DNA from: Candidatus Bathyarchaeia archaeon
GTDB lineage: Archaea; Thermoproteota; Bathyarchaeia; 40CM-2-53-6
Length of the DNA: 64,000 nt
NCBI GenBank assembly: GCA_049513715.1
Contig: JBEKVV010000001.1
Coordinates: 224,001 to 288,000, forward strand
Direction of reading: 5' to 3'
Shown piece by piece: positions 55,925-64,000 of this stretch (position 1 is the stretch's first letter; each line of letters begins with the position of its first letter). A model generated the notes under the pieces. That model saw only the letters and a program-made list of their open reading frames with translations. It did no database searches and was not told the DNA's origin. Position numbers and translations under genes: made by a program.

Positions 55925-55980
55925 CTGCGATGATTCACCTCCGCTCATGCTGGTCTGGCAATTCTATAGAGGAGCTTAAA

Positions 55981-57534
55981 CTATCTTACTATGAATTGAA
56001 TTGCCTGGGAATGGGTGACTCCGCCACCCGACGCGTTGATGGTTAGGGTGTATGATCCCCGTTTTACTGCCGTGGTTGTCGTGATTTGGAGTGTGATGGT
56101 GATGGTTCCGGTGCCACCGACCGTGTTTCCGCTTGTGGTCAGTTTGTACGTTGCCCCTTGAGGAAGGCCGTTGACAGTTACCGCCACAGGGTCTACGAAT
56201 CCGTGTTGCAAAGTTATCAGCAGTGTATAGGCGGTTGACGTCCCCGCAGACACCTGCGCAAGACTCGGCGAGACTTGCAGGTCAAAGTCAGCGACGGTGA
56301 CCGGTATCGTAACCTGGCGCGTAACTGGTTGGGCTCCGGAGGGGGAATAGGTGCTTTTCACCACAATTTGATACGTGCCGTTGGGAGTCGTTTGGGATGC
56401 TGCGAGTTTCATTGTTACTTTGGTCAAACCAATCGGAACGGGGTTGGGGTTGAAGCTTATCGCCAACCCGGATGGGGCGCCATCCGCAGAAAACGACACT
56501 TGTTGGCTGAAATCATTGATCATGAATAGATCCACTTCCTCAGATGCCGTTTGTGTTCGGTAAACGGTAAGCGTCGGAGTTCCTGGGGAGAGCGCAAAGT
56601 CTGAGATCAGGATTCGATATTGGCTTGTCTGTTTCTGGTTGCCTGCCTGATCAGCTGCCGCAATGTAGTACGCCAAGTTTCCAGTAACCTGCTGGCCTGG
56701 AATCGTGTACCCGTAGAAGCTTCCTTGCACCAGCGTCATTTTGACCGGGGCCAAGTTTGCGCCGGGTGCTGCGTAGTATAGTGTTACGTCTCGAACTGGG
56801 CCGGTAACGTTAGCTGTGATCTCAACGGGTGTTCCAACAGTGCCGGTTAGAACTGGGTTGTGAACAATCGCCAAGCCTGATGTCGACGGGGTGCCCCTGT
56901 ATAATATTGCGCCGATTAAGCCCGCGGATGCCACGAGCGTTATGAAAACCACGACCATGAGAGTGGTGCTTATTCGCTGCTTTGGCATGGGTCGGGGTTG
57001 GGGCGGGAGCAACTGTTGCTGCCGCACCTCGATCGTTGGCGTGGGTCGAGTAAGGGCTCTGGTTGGCTCCCGCGGGGTTGCCTCAAAGGCTTCTTCGGTT
57101 CGAACGCTCACCATTTCTTCAGGTATCCGAAAGGGTTTCTTGGTTTGTGGGTCGATTCTGAAGTATCCCACTTCTCCCGTGGTAGCGTCTATAACGACAC
57201 CTGTGACGAGGGAAGAGAACTGCTGAAGGGTCCTCTGTGTCTCAATGTCGGTTTCAGAAAAGAACACTCCACCCTCGGTGTGTGAGTGGTACCATCCTAC
57301 AATGTTGCCTTTCACCCGCCCACTAACCAAGTCATCGGCAATTTGGGCGAGCGTTGAGGGAGGTAGCGTTACTCGGTGCGGTTCTGATGAGAATTCGCCG
57401 GTAATTGAATCGTCAATAACGATGGAGTCACTTTCGCGCCGGCCAAGTAGAAGGCCGATTATTTCGTTTCTTGTCTCATGTGAAGCCTGGACGATTCGGT
57501 CGTAGACAGGCTTCCATATGCTCACATAAGACAA
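55981..57534 (-). CDS. JAMM/MPN+ isopeptidase with TM helix and predicted extracellular beta-rich domains
   Basis: EIIGLLLG...GWYHSHTEGGVFFSETD intact JAMM motif; TM LMVVVFITLVASAGLIGAILY; Thr/Val-rich C-terminal repeats (DF.L..SP). Confidence 0.9.
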   Translation of the reverse strand: MSYVSIWKPVYDRIVQASHETRNEIIGLLLGRRESDSIVIDDSITGEFSSEPHRVTLPPSTLAQIADDLVSGRVKGNIVGWYHSHTEGGVFFSETDIETQRTLQQFSSLVTGVVIDATTGEVGYFRIDPQTKKPFRIPEEMVSVRTEEAFEATPREPTRALTRPTPTIEVRQQQLLPPQPRPMPKQRISTTLMVVVFITLVASAGLIGAILYRGTPSTSGLAIVHNPVLTGTVGTPVEITANVTGPVRDVTLYYAAPGANLAPVKMTLVQGSFYGYTIPGQQVTGNLAYYIAAADQAGNQKQTSQYRILISDFALSPGTPTLTVYRTQTASEEVDLFMINDFSQQVSFSADGAPSGLAISFNPNPVPIGLTKVTMKLAASQTTPNGTYQIVVKSTYSPSGAQPVTRQVTIPVTVADFDLQVSPSLAQVSAGTSTAYTLLITLQHGFVDPVAVTVNGLPQGATYKLTTSGNTVGGTGTITITLQITTTTAVKRGSYTLTINASGGGVTHSQAIQFIVR

Positions 57535-57588
57535 TCGTTACACCGAAAGTAAAAAGGGAACAAAAAATTGGGGACCCTTGCGGGGTTG

Positions 57589-58422
57589 CTAACGTCCCAG
57601 CATGCCGAGTATTCCGCCCAGCACGCCAAGGACGAAGCCGGCCACAAAACCTCCGCCAATTATCAGACTCATTACAGCCAGCGGGAAGACAACGATGCTT
57701 CCGATGGTTCCGTACCCTAGTAGCATCAAAATCGAACCGATCACTAGGATGAGTCCGATGATAGCGCCGAGAGCGAAGGCAAGGCTTTGTGGAATCGATG
57801 TCGGTGGAGCCAACCAGAAGAAGATGCTCGACCACATTGTGTAGAACGAACTGGAGAGCAATGCTGCTGCGTTGAGTATGACCAGGATTCCTGCAATCAT
57901 GGAGAGTATGAATCCCCACAGAGCTCTTGGCGCACTCGGGGCCATGAACGGTCCCGGATAGGGTGCTGGCATGAAGGACGCTGGCGGGCCTGACATCGGT
58001 GGGGCCATCATTGGTCCCATTGGTGGGGCCATCGCTGGACCCATTTGAGGTGCGTAAGCCGGACTGTATTGGGGTGCCGGTTGCTGCGGATTTGCCATAG
58101 GTTGTTGGGCTGTCATAGGCACTATTCCTGCGTAACACTGAGGACAGAGAACAAGGTCCATATATGCTTTAGAGTCGTCTCTGCAGATTGCTCGTCCACA
58201 GCGGTTGCAAACGTAGATTGCTGGAAGGTTCGGGTGATAGAAGCATTGGCCAGGTGCTGGAACCCTAATTGGGCCGCCGGGGCTGACTGGGGTTACTACG
58301 CGGACTGATGGGACTGGTTTGAGTGCTGGGGCCATTGCGCCTGCAAGTGACGCGCCACAACTGGAACAGAATGCTGCATCGTCGCGGTTGTTGTAGCCAC
58401 ATGATGGGCATTTCTTGACCAT
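57589..58422 (-). CDS. Zinc-ribbon + B-box-like membrane protein
   Basis: CPSC..CSSC, CFYH-x7-CNRC-x4-CRDD-x8-CPQC, Pro/Met/Gln linker, C-terminal multi-TM; SD AGGAGGA and CTTAAG upstream. Confidence 0.82.
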   Translation of the reverse strand: MVKKCPSCGYNNRDDAAFCSSCGASLAGAMAPALKPVPSVRVVTPVSPGGPIRVPAPGQCFYHPNLPAIYVCNRCGRAICRDDSKAYMDLVLCPQCYAGIVPMTAQQPMANPQQPAPQYSPAYAPQMGPAMAPPMGPMMAPPMSGPPASFMPAPYPGPFMAPSAPRALWGFILSMIAGILVILNAAALLSSSFYTMWSSIFFWLAPPTSIPQSLAFALGAIIGLILVIGSILMLLGYGTIGSIVVFPLAVMSLIIGGGFVAGFVLGVLGGILGMLGR

Positions 58423-59286
58423 TTTTCTAAATATCCTCCTTTAGCTAATTTAACACGGATTGACCGTGCTATGGTGAGCGCACTTAAGCATTTGCTCCAG
58501 CGTTGTCAAATTAGTGAATGGTAAAAGCCCAGTTATACCATTTTTTAGCGCAAACATAGGGGAGTCCCCAAAAATGGCTGCCACGAGCAGTTTTCGCGCA
58601 TCCGTTTGACAAAGAGAAAGCAATGAAACCCTTCGGAAATCTACTACGCGTTTCTGAACAGAACAATTTCATGATCAACCAGGCGCCCAACGTGACCAGT
58701 AATGCCGAGATTTCACCAAACGCGATTTTTCGTGGCCGCGATCTCGAAACATGGCCAAGGAAATTGCTCGATCACTGTTTCTCCGATCCCCTGCGTTGTA
58801 GCATAAGAAAATTCAGATCTCACGGCCTTCTGTAGGGCTAGGTACTGTGATGCCGAGAGGAGGAGTTGCATTCGGAATCTGCGGGGGTGTCCTGTGATTC
58901 GTTTGCGATGCGCCCGCCCCCTGTGGGTTGAGATGTAGCCTATTGGCGGGCGGGATGATGTCGTTTCGGTTTGCATAATGGCTCCCTTCCAGTCCTGGCT
59001 GGGTCAATTGGGTGCTCGCCTGCCTGCTGTTTGGAAATGTAAATAGTGGATGAACGCTTCTACGTGAGTTCGCTTCGTTCTTTGTACCTAGTGTCGCGAC
59101 GTGGGTTTTTTCGTTACTTAGTTATCTTCGCGCATGGCAAATGATTCATCTCTATCGGTGCAACGTGCTGAAGACACGTGTTTGTGGCTGTGAGTATCAT
59201 TCATGTCTGGCTACGAGTTTGCGTGAAATGCCTGTTGGATTCAGCAGATATTTAGCGAAGTTGTGCATAGGTGCGGTTTCGCGGAA

Positions 59287-59390
59287 GCCCCGGTGGCTCA
59301 GCCTGGTAGAATGATTGCCAACAGCGACGCCTTGGTAGCATAGTGACAATGAGGCGTAGGTCGCGGGTTCAAACCCCGCCCGGGGCTCCA
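59287..59390 (+). tRNA. tRNA-Thr(GGU) with two introns (59310-59322 at about 22/23; 59338-59351 at 37/38)
   Basis: GCCCCGG/CCGGGGC acceptor, ACGCC/GGCGT anticodon stem, GGT at 59334-59336, encoded CCA; UGGU/GCCA helix at the D-arm intron. Confidence 0.9.
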
Positions 59391-59531
59391 GTTTTTGCCG
59401 AACCTCACCAGCGAGTGCAATGACTCCGTTCAGCACGTTACATGATTTGATGCAAACTCAAGGCTAATCACTTATTCCGCTTCAGCCATTCCAACCTCAT
59501 TTCTCCAAGCATGATTGCGAATCGGATCTCT

Positions 59532-60360
59532 TTATCGCCTGGCACGGGGAGTTAAGTGCAGTCCTGTAGATACAATACTGAAAAGGAAAACAAGATACAA
59601 CCACACGTTCACGCCTGACCAATTTACGTTTGAAGCATAGCGCGCCAGCGCAGTCAATTCAAGTAAACCGAAGGCAACGTAACTCACTGAACCAGACCTG
59701 ACTCGTGTATAGTCCCTCTCTACGAGGGAATGTGAAGCGAAAATCCCAATACCCACCAACCACGCGCCGACCGCACGGGCCGTCAGAGGCGTAAGCTTCC
59801 ACAGCCAAACGCCAGCGAACATGGATGGAAACGTGAACAACCCCACCCCAATGACCAGCATGACGAACGCTTGAACGCCCAGAACCACGAGCAACCAAGA
59901 AGGAATAGGCATCTTCCGGGACGAATCGGAGCCCTTCTTCAACGCCTGTCGAAACAAGGCAAGGATCATTGCTGGAGGAACTAAACGCGTAGATCCCCAA
60001 CTATAACCATGCAGCAGCATTTGCGAAGGGGCTCGGGCTTCCAAAGTGAAATCGGTCTAGGTGGAGCAGTGTTGCCACAAGCGTCAAGGTTATGAATGCG
60101 AAAACCGCAGGGATCGCGATCCGCGCGTTCGCCCACTCTTTCTCTCGCGCCGCAAGGAACTCCATAAGGAAGCTGGCGAAGTATCCGGCGCCTAGGAAGG
60201 CTGCGGTAAGCGGAGGCTGAATTGTCCACGCAAAATAGAGGTCAGTCTGCTCGGTCAAAGTGAAAAGTTGGAATCCTGCCAGGAAGACAAGAGCGCTTGC
60301 AGCCAAGAGTAAGAGGCGCATACTCATCGTCAGCGGGACCGTGGTTCCTGAACCAGCCAA
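59532..60360 (-). pseudogene. Disrupted multi-TM membrane protein
   Basis: AAWL-TAG(60001-60003)-LGIYA, then +1 frameshift near 59982-59985 into LVPPAMIL; internally repeated W...PLTA..GA halves. Confidence 0.75.
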
Positions 60361-60691
60361 CCAGAATCAACATTCCCGAACGATGTTTGAACTTAAAGGT
60401 CGGTGTATAACTCGTTCGGGTATCAAAAAGAACCCAAAACGAAATGGAACCGCTGAAGTGTTGAGTTTGGCACATTTGCCCACTTCTTTATGGTAAATGC
60501 TTGGATGCGATAACGCGTACAGACTATGCCTCAGACCGCGGATGCAAGCTTCTGAATTCGCAACTTGCGGGGCGAAGGGCGGATTGAGGCATGTCAGCTG
60601 CAACAGGTTCCCTGAACGGCCCGCCCGGCTGAAAAAACATTAATGCGGGGTCCTTGCAGAAAGCAACCTCTCAGAGCAGGGTGGTTTTGGT

Positions 60692-61894
60692 TTGGAAGGT
60701 CCATTTGCGGAAGCTGTTCAGCTCGCTGGCCGACTGCGTAAGCTGAGTGAAGGTCAATTGAAGATTCTTGAGCGTGTAGATGAGGCCTCTCAAGAGCTGT
60801 ATCTCCCTGAGTTTGAGCATTACCTCGCCCACAAATACAATGAGGAAACGCCCAAGATTCTGAAAAAGTACGGTTTGATGGGTCTTACAGTCTCCTCAGA
60901 TTTCGGGGGGCTCGGTGCTGATTCTCTGACTTGGGCTCTGGCCTTGGAGCGGCTCGTAACCTTCGTTGATGTTCATTGCTTGTTGGCGGCGGTAGCGATT
61001 GAACAATGGGGCAGTGATTACCTGAAGAAGCAGTATCTGATTCCAGCGGCGAAGGGCGACAAAATCCTAGCATACGGTTTGACTGAGCCTGAAGCGGGGA
61101 GCGAGCCGACGAGACTAAAGACGAACTACGAGGAACGTGACGGCGGTTATGTCCTGAATGGAACGAAGTACTTGATTTCAAACGGCTCTATCGCGGACTC
61201 CCTGGTCATTTTTGCTTACCCGAAGGGCAAGACGCAGGGCATGTCAGCCTTTGTCGTTGATTCGAAATCTCAAGGGTTCTCGGTGGCAATGCACCTTGAA
61301 GAGAAGATTGGACTGTTCACGTCCGACACAGCCATGCTGGAATTGGCCAATTGCAAAGTGCCCAAGGAAAACCTGCTAGGACAACCTGGAAAGGGACTTC
61401 ACGTAGCCTACTCCGCGCTCTTGAACGGGCGAATCGGCATAGGGTCAGGTTGCGTCGGCGTAATCGAAGACTGCCTGACCGCCGTCATTGAACGCGCAAA
61501 GTCACGAGTCCAACATGGCAAGCTGATTGGGAAGCATCAGTTGATTCAAAGGCACATTTCCAACATCGCTATGAACCTGACAATGGCTCGGTGGCCTACG
61601 TACGTGGCCGCGTTAGAGAAGACCAAGCTGGACGCCGAGCCTGCCAACCTCGAACTACGCAACCAGGTCGATTTGCAGTCAGCCATCGCGAAACGCATTA
61701 CGTCTCGCATGGCGTATGAGAGCGCAGATTTGGCGGTTCAGGTGTTCGGTGGTTTTGGATACTCACTACTTTCACCTGTCGCCAGGCATTTGTGCGATAC
61801 GCGGGTTGCGAGGATTTATGAAGGCACGGACGAGATCATGGAGTTGAAGATTGCCTCCCTAATTCTAGGGAAGGGATTCGAAGCTTATAGTTAG
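60692..61894 (+). CDS. Acyl-CoA dehydrogenase family protein
   Basis: AYGLTEPEAGS, LNGTKYLISNG, RVQHGKLI, QVFGGFGY, RIYEGTDEI. Confidence 0.93.
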   Translation: MEGPFAEAVQLAGRLRKLSEGQLKILERVDEASQELYLPEFEHYLAHKYNEETPKILKKYGLMGLTVSSDFGGLGADSLTWALALERLVTFVDVHCLLAAVAIEQWGSDYLKKQYLIPAAKGDKILAYGLTEPEAGSEPTRLKTNYEERDGGYVLNGTKYLISNGSIADSLVIFAYPKGKTQGMSAFVVDSKSQGFSVAMHLEEKIGLFTSDTAMLELANCKVPKENLLGQPGKGLHVAYSALLNGRIGIGSGCVGVIEDCLTAVIERAKSRVQHGKLIGKHQLIQRHISNIAMNLTMARWPTYVAALEKTKLDAEPANLELRNQVDLQSAIAKRITSRMAYESADLAVQVFGGFGYSLLSPVARHLCDTRVARIYEGTDEIMELKIASLILGKGFEAYS

Positions 61895-61898
61895 AAGC

Positions 61899-62354
61899 TC
61901 ACTTGCCTGCCTTGGCTTTCAGGCGGGTCTCCATGTTTTCTACGACCTGCTCGACCATTTTGGTTGAAGTGGAATCCAGCAATTTCGTGCCCAACCCGGC
62001 CATTATTCCACCCACAGTAACATCTGCAACCCAACCAACTTTCGTTGCCGAGTTCGTTTCTTCCAGAGTGAAAGCGGTTTGGATGTCGACTGTGCTTCCC
62101 ACGCCTTTGCCCTTGCCGATTAGTTTGGCCGAACTCGGTGGGGTTTTCTCAGCCGCATGGAAATCAAAATCCATAGTTCCCCTAACTACTGAGAGGCCAA
62201 CCTTCACTTTGGCTTTGAATGAATCGGGGCCTAAGACTTCCAAGGATTGCATATCGGGGAAGCATGGTCCGATGTCATTGGGGTTGAGGAGAAATTCCCA
62301 CACCGTTTGCCGCGGAACGGGGGTCTCAAAGGATCCTTCTAAGTGCATTTTCAT
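61899..62354 (-). CDS. coxG: CoxG/SRPBCC family protein
   Basis: VPRQTVWEFLLNP..IGPCFP, GGIMAGLGTKLL. Confidence 0.85.
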   Translation of the reverse strand: MKMHLEGSFETPVPRQTVWEFLLNPNDIGPCFPDMQSLEVLGPDSFKAKVKVGLSVVRGTMDFDFHAAEKTPPSSAKLIGKGKGVGSTVDIQTAFTLEETNSATKVGWVADVTVGGIMAGLGTKLLDSTSTKMVEQVVENMETRLKAKAGK

Positions 62355-62579
62355 CCACCTAAGCTACGAGTCCTCTTTGCATCAGATAGTTAAATTAGTC
62401 GTGATCGTGGAAGCATGTCGTGAGAGAATGGCGGCATTTTCTACCCGTGGCCGTGCGCCCACCATTTTGCGGTCGCCCCTTCTGCATGGCGAGTCTCAGT
62501 CATGAAACCAGGTTTGGCAGGGCGCTAAGCTATTAATACACTCATTCGCAGATAGTCGCTTGGAATTCAGGGGCCAATC

Positions 62580-63230
62580 TTGGTGAGCTTGACCACCCTA
62601 CTTGCTTTTTGGAAGAAAAAGGAAACCTCTGCCCCTGAGCGAATAATCCTACTCCCAACCATGCCAAGCCCACGTACAGAAACGCCTCGGTCGACAAGTC
62701 AGGAAGCTGTTGGCCGCGCAAGGGAGGACCTGAAAGTTCTCAGGTTGGAAAGGCAAATTCTTGGGTCTGCGGTTACTACGATTTACGAGTCACAAACGAA
62801 GGGCCAGATTAGCCAGGTCGAGAGGGATCGGCTACTGGAAAAGTACAAAGTGGACCTGAAGAGGCTGGAGAAAGCGATCGAAGAGAACCAAAGGGTCGTC
62901 GACCTCTTTGACCTCGAGTCCGCGCGGGATAACCTGATTAGAGATTTCAACGCCAGGATGGCCGATATTGATGCCCGCCTCAAGGACATGAAATCAGGCA
63001 CGAGTTCCATGAGTGTGGCTAAGCAGGCACAAGACCTGAAGCCGGACCCAGCTGAAGACGGGAATAAGAGTCAAGATCAGGCAGACGAGTCCGCGCAAAA
63101 GCAAGCAAATGAAACCAACCCCAAAGAGGACGACCCGGAGATCACTGACGCTGAAAAGCGAGTCAACCAGATTCGCGAGGAAATTCTCAGAGCCATGGAT
63201 CGCCTTGAACAGATCGAAGCGGAAGGATGA
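62580..63230 (+). CDS. Hypothetical coiled-coil protein
   Basis: 216-aa helical ORF, ATGA-coupled to rpiA; TATTAATA upstream. Confidence 0.7.
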   Translation: MVSLTTLLAFWKKKETSAPERIILLPTMPSPRTETPRSTSQEAVGRAREDLKVLRLERQILGSAVTTIYESQTKGQISQVERDRLLEKYKVDLKRLEKAIEENQRVVDLFDLESARDNLIRDFNARMADIDARLKDMKSGTSSMSVAKQAQDLKPDPAEDGNKSQDQADESAQKQANETNPKEDDPEITDAEKRVNQIREEILRAMDRLEQIEAEG

Positions 63231-63931
63231 AAATGTCTTGGGTTGAGGACGCCAAACGCAAAGCTGTCCTCAAAGCCCTTCAGCCCATAAAGAATGGTTG
63301 GGTCGTGGGCGTTGGTAGCGGAACAACGACTGCTTATGCAGTTGCGGAGCTGGCGAGGCTCGCCAGAGGAAGGCATTTGGAGATTTCAGTAGTTCCAACA
63401 TCACATCAAATTGAGAACCTCGCACACGCACACGGACTTCGAACCCTTACAATGAATGAGGCCTACGTGGTCGACTATGCAATTGACGGCGCCGACCAAG
63501 TTGAGCGGCGCTCACTCCATTTGATAAAAGGAGGAGGAGGAGCATTACTCAGGGAGAAAATAGTTGATGCAGCCGCCCAACAACTCGCCATAGTTGTAGA
63601 TGAAACGAAGCTCTCAACGACATTGGGAGGAAAGCAACTGGTTCCTTTGGAGGTTCTCCCATTCGCTCACAAGTATGTGCAAGCTCAGATTGCGAGAATG
63701 GGGGGCCGAGCAAAGCTGCGGGAAGGGACGGGAAAGGTCGGGCCCGTGGTGACTGATAATGGCAATTTCGTGTTGGACGCTGATTTCGGCAAAATTGAGA
63801 AGCCCCATCTGTTAGAGAAGAGGTTGAAAACGATGCCGGGGTTGCTGGAGACCGGCCTCTTCCTAGGTATGGCAGATTTCGTTTATGTCGGCTTGAGGGG
63901 CGGGGACGTGAACGTGCTGTCTCCATCCTGA
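63227..63931 (+). CDS. rpiA: Ribose-5-phosphate isomerase A
   Basis: GVGSGTT, DGADQV, IKGGGGALLREK, TDNGNF. Confidence 0.97.
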   Translation: MKMSWVEDAKRKAVLKALQPIKNGWVVGVGSGTTTAYAVAELARLARGRHLEISVVPTSHQIENLAHAHGLRTLTMNEAYVVDYAIDGADQVERRSLHLIKGGGGALLREKIVDAAAQQLAIVVDETKLSTTLGGKQLVPLEVLPFAHKYVQAQIARMGGRAKLREGTGKVGPVVTDNGNFVLDADFGKIEKPHLLEKRLKTMPGLLETGLFLGMADFVYVGLRGGDVNVLSPS

Positions 63932-64000
63932 TTTGACGAATTTCACTTTCTGCAAGTTCTTGACAAGGCAAACCGCCTGCATAACAGGCTTTGGCGCGAT

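Noticed and set aside
37718..60003. Genome-wide TAG recoding (pyrrolysine) suggested by two in-frame TAGs
   Set aside because: Several well-formed genes here (hutU, hutI, trpB2, acyl-CoA dehydrogenase) end at TAG at the expected length, and the TAG at 60001 is accompanied by a frameshift.
60940..60975. Possible short in-frame deletion in the acyl-CoA dehydrogenase (LERL-VTF)
   Set aside because: Based on memory of homologue spacing only; needs an alignment.

Overview
Archaeal chromosomal window from a TACK lineage. The 16S sequence and gene content resemble Bathyarchaeia, but that placement is an inference. It holds a 16S-23S rRNA operon (no spacer tRNA, no linked 5S; 48-nt bulge-helix-bulge (BHB) intron in the 16S), an RNase P RNA gene, three intron-containing tRNAs, hutIU, a CoxMSL-like molybdo-hydroxylase, porCDAB, a GAF/PAS two-component cassette, TrpB2, DinB, Hjc, rpiA and several large surface proteins. 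The standout is a eukaryote-like ubiquitin operon (53244-58422, - strand): zinc-ribbon/B-box membrane protein, JAMM isopeptidase with a transmembrane helix and large extracellular domain, GG-terminated ubiquitin-like protein, E2, E1 with an N-terminal Ubl domain, and a second zinc-ribbon/B-box protein, with no RING E3. Other notable signals: a strongly divergent 23S peptidyl-transferase centre, a duplicated RNase P RNA 3' end that looks like an integration scar, and two small ORFs absent from the ORF track with perfect Shine-Dalgarno (SD) sites (a signal-peptide-bearing peptide before a tandem Lrp-like regulator, and an 8-Cys peptide after porB). All family assignments come from motif recognition by eye; no searches were run.
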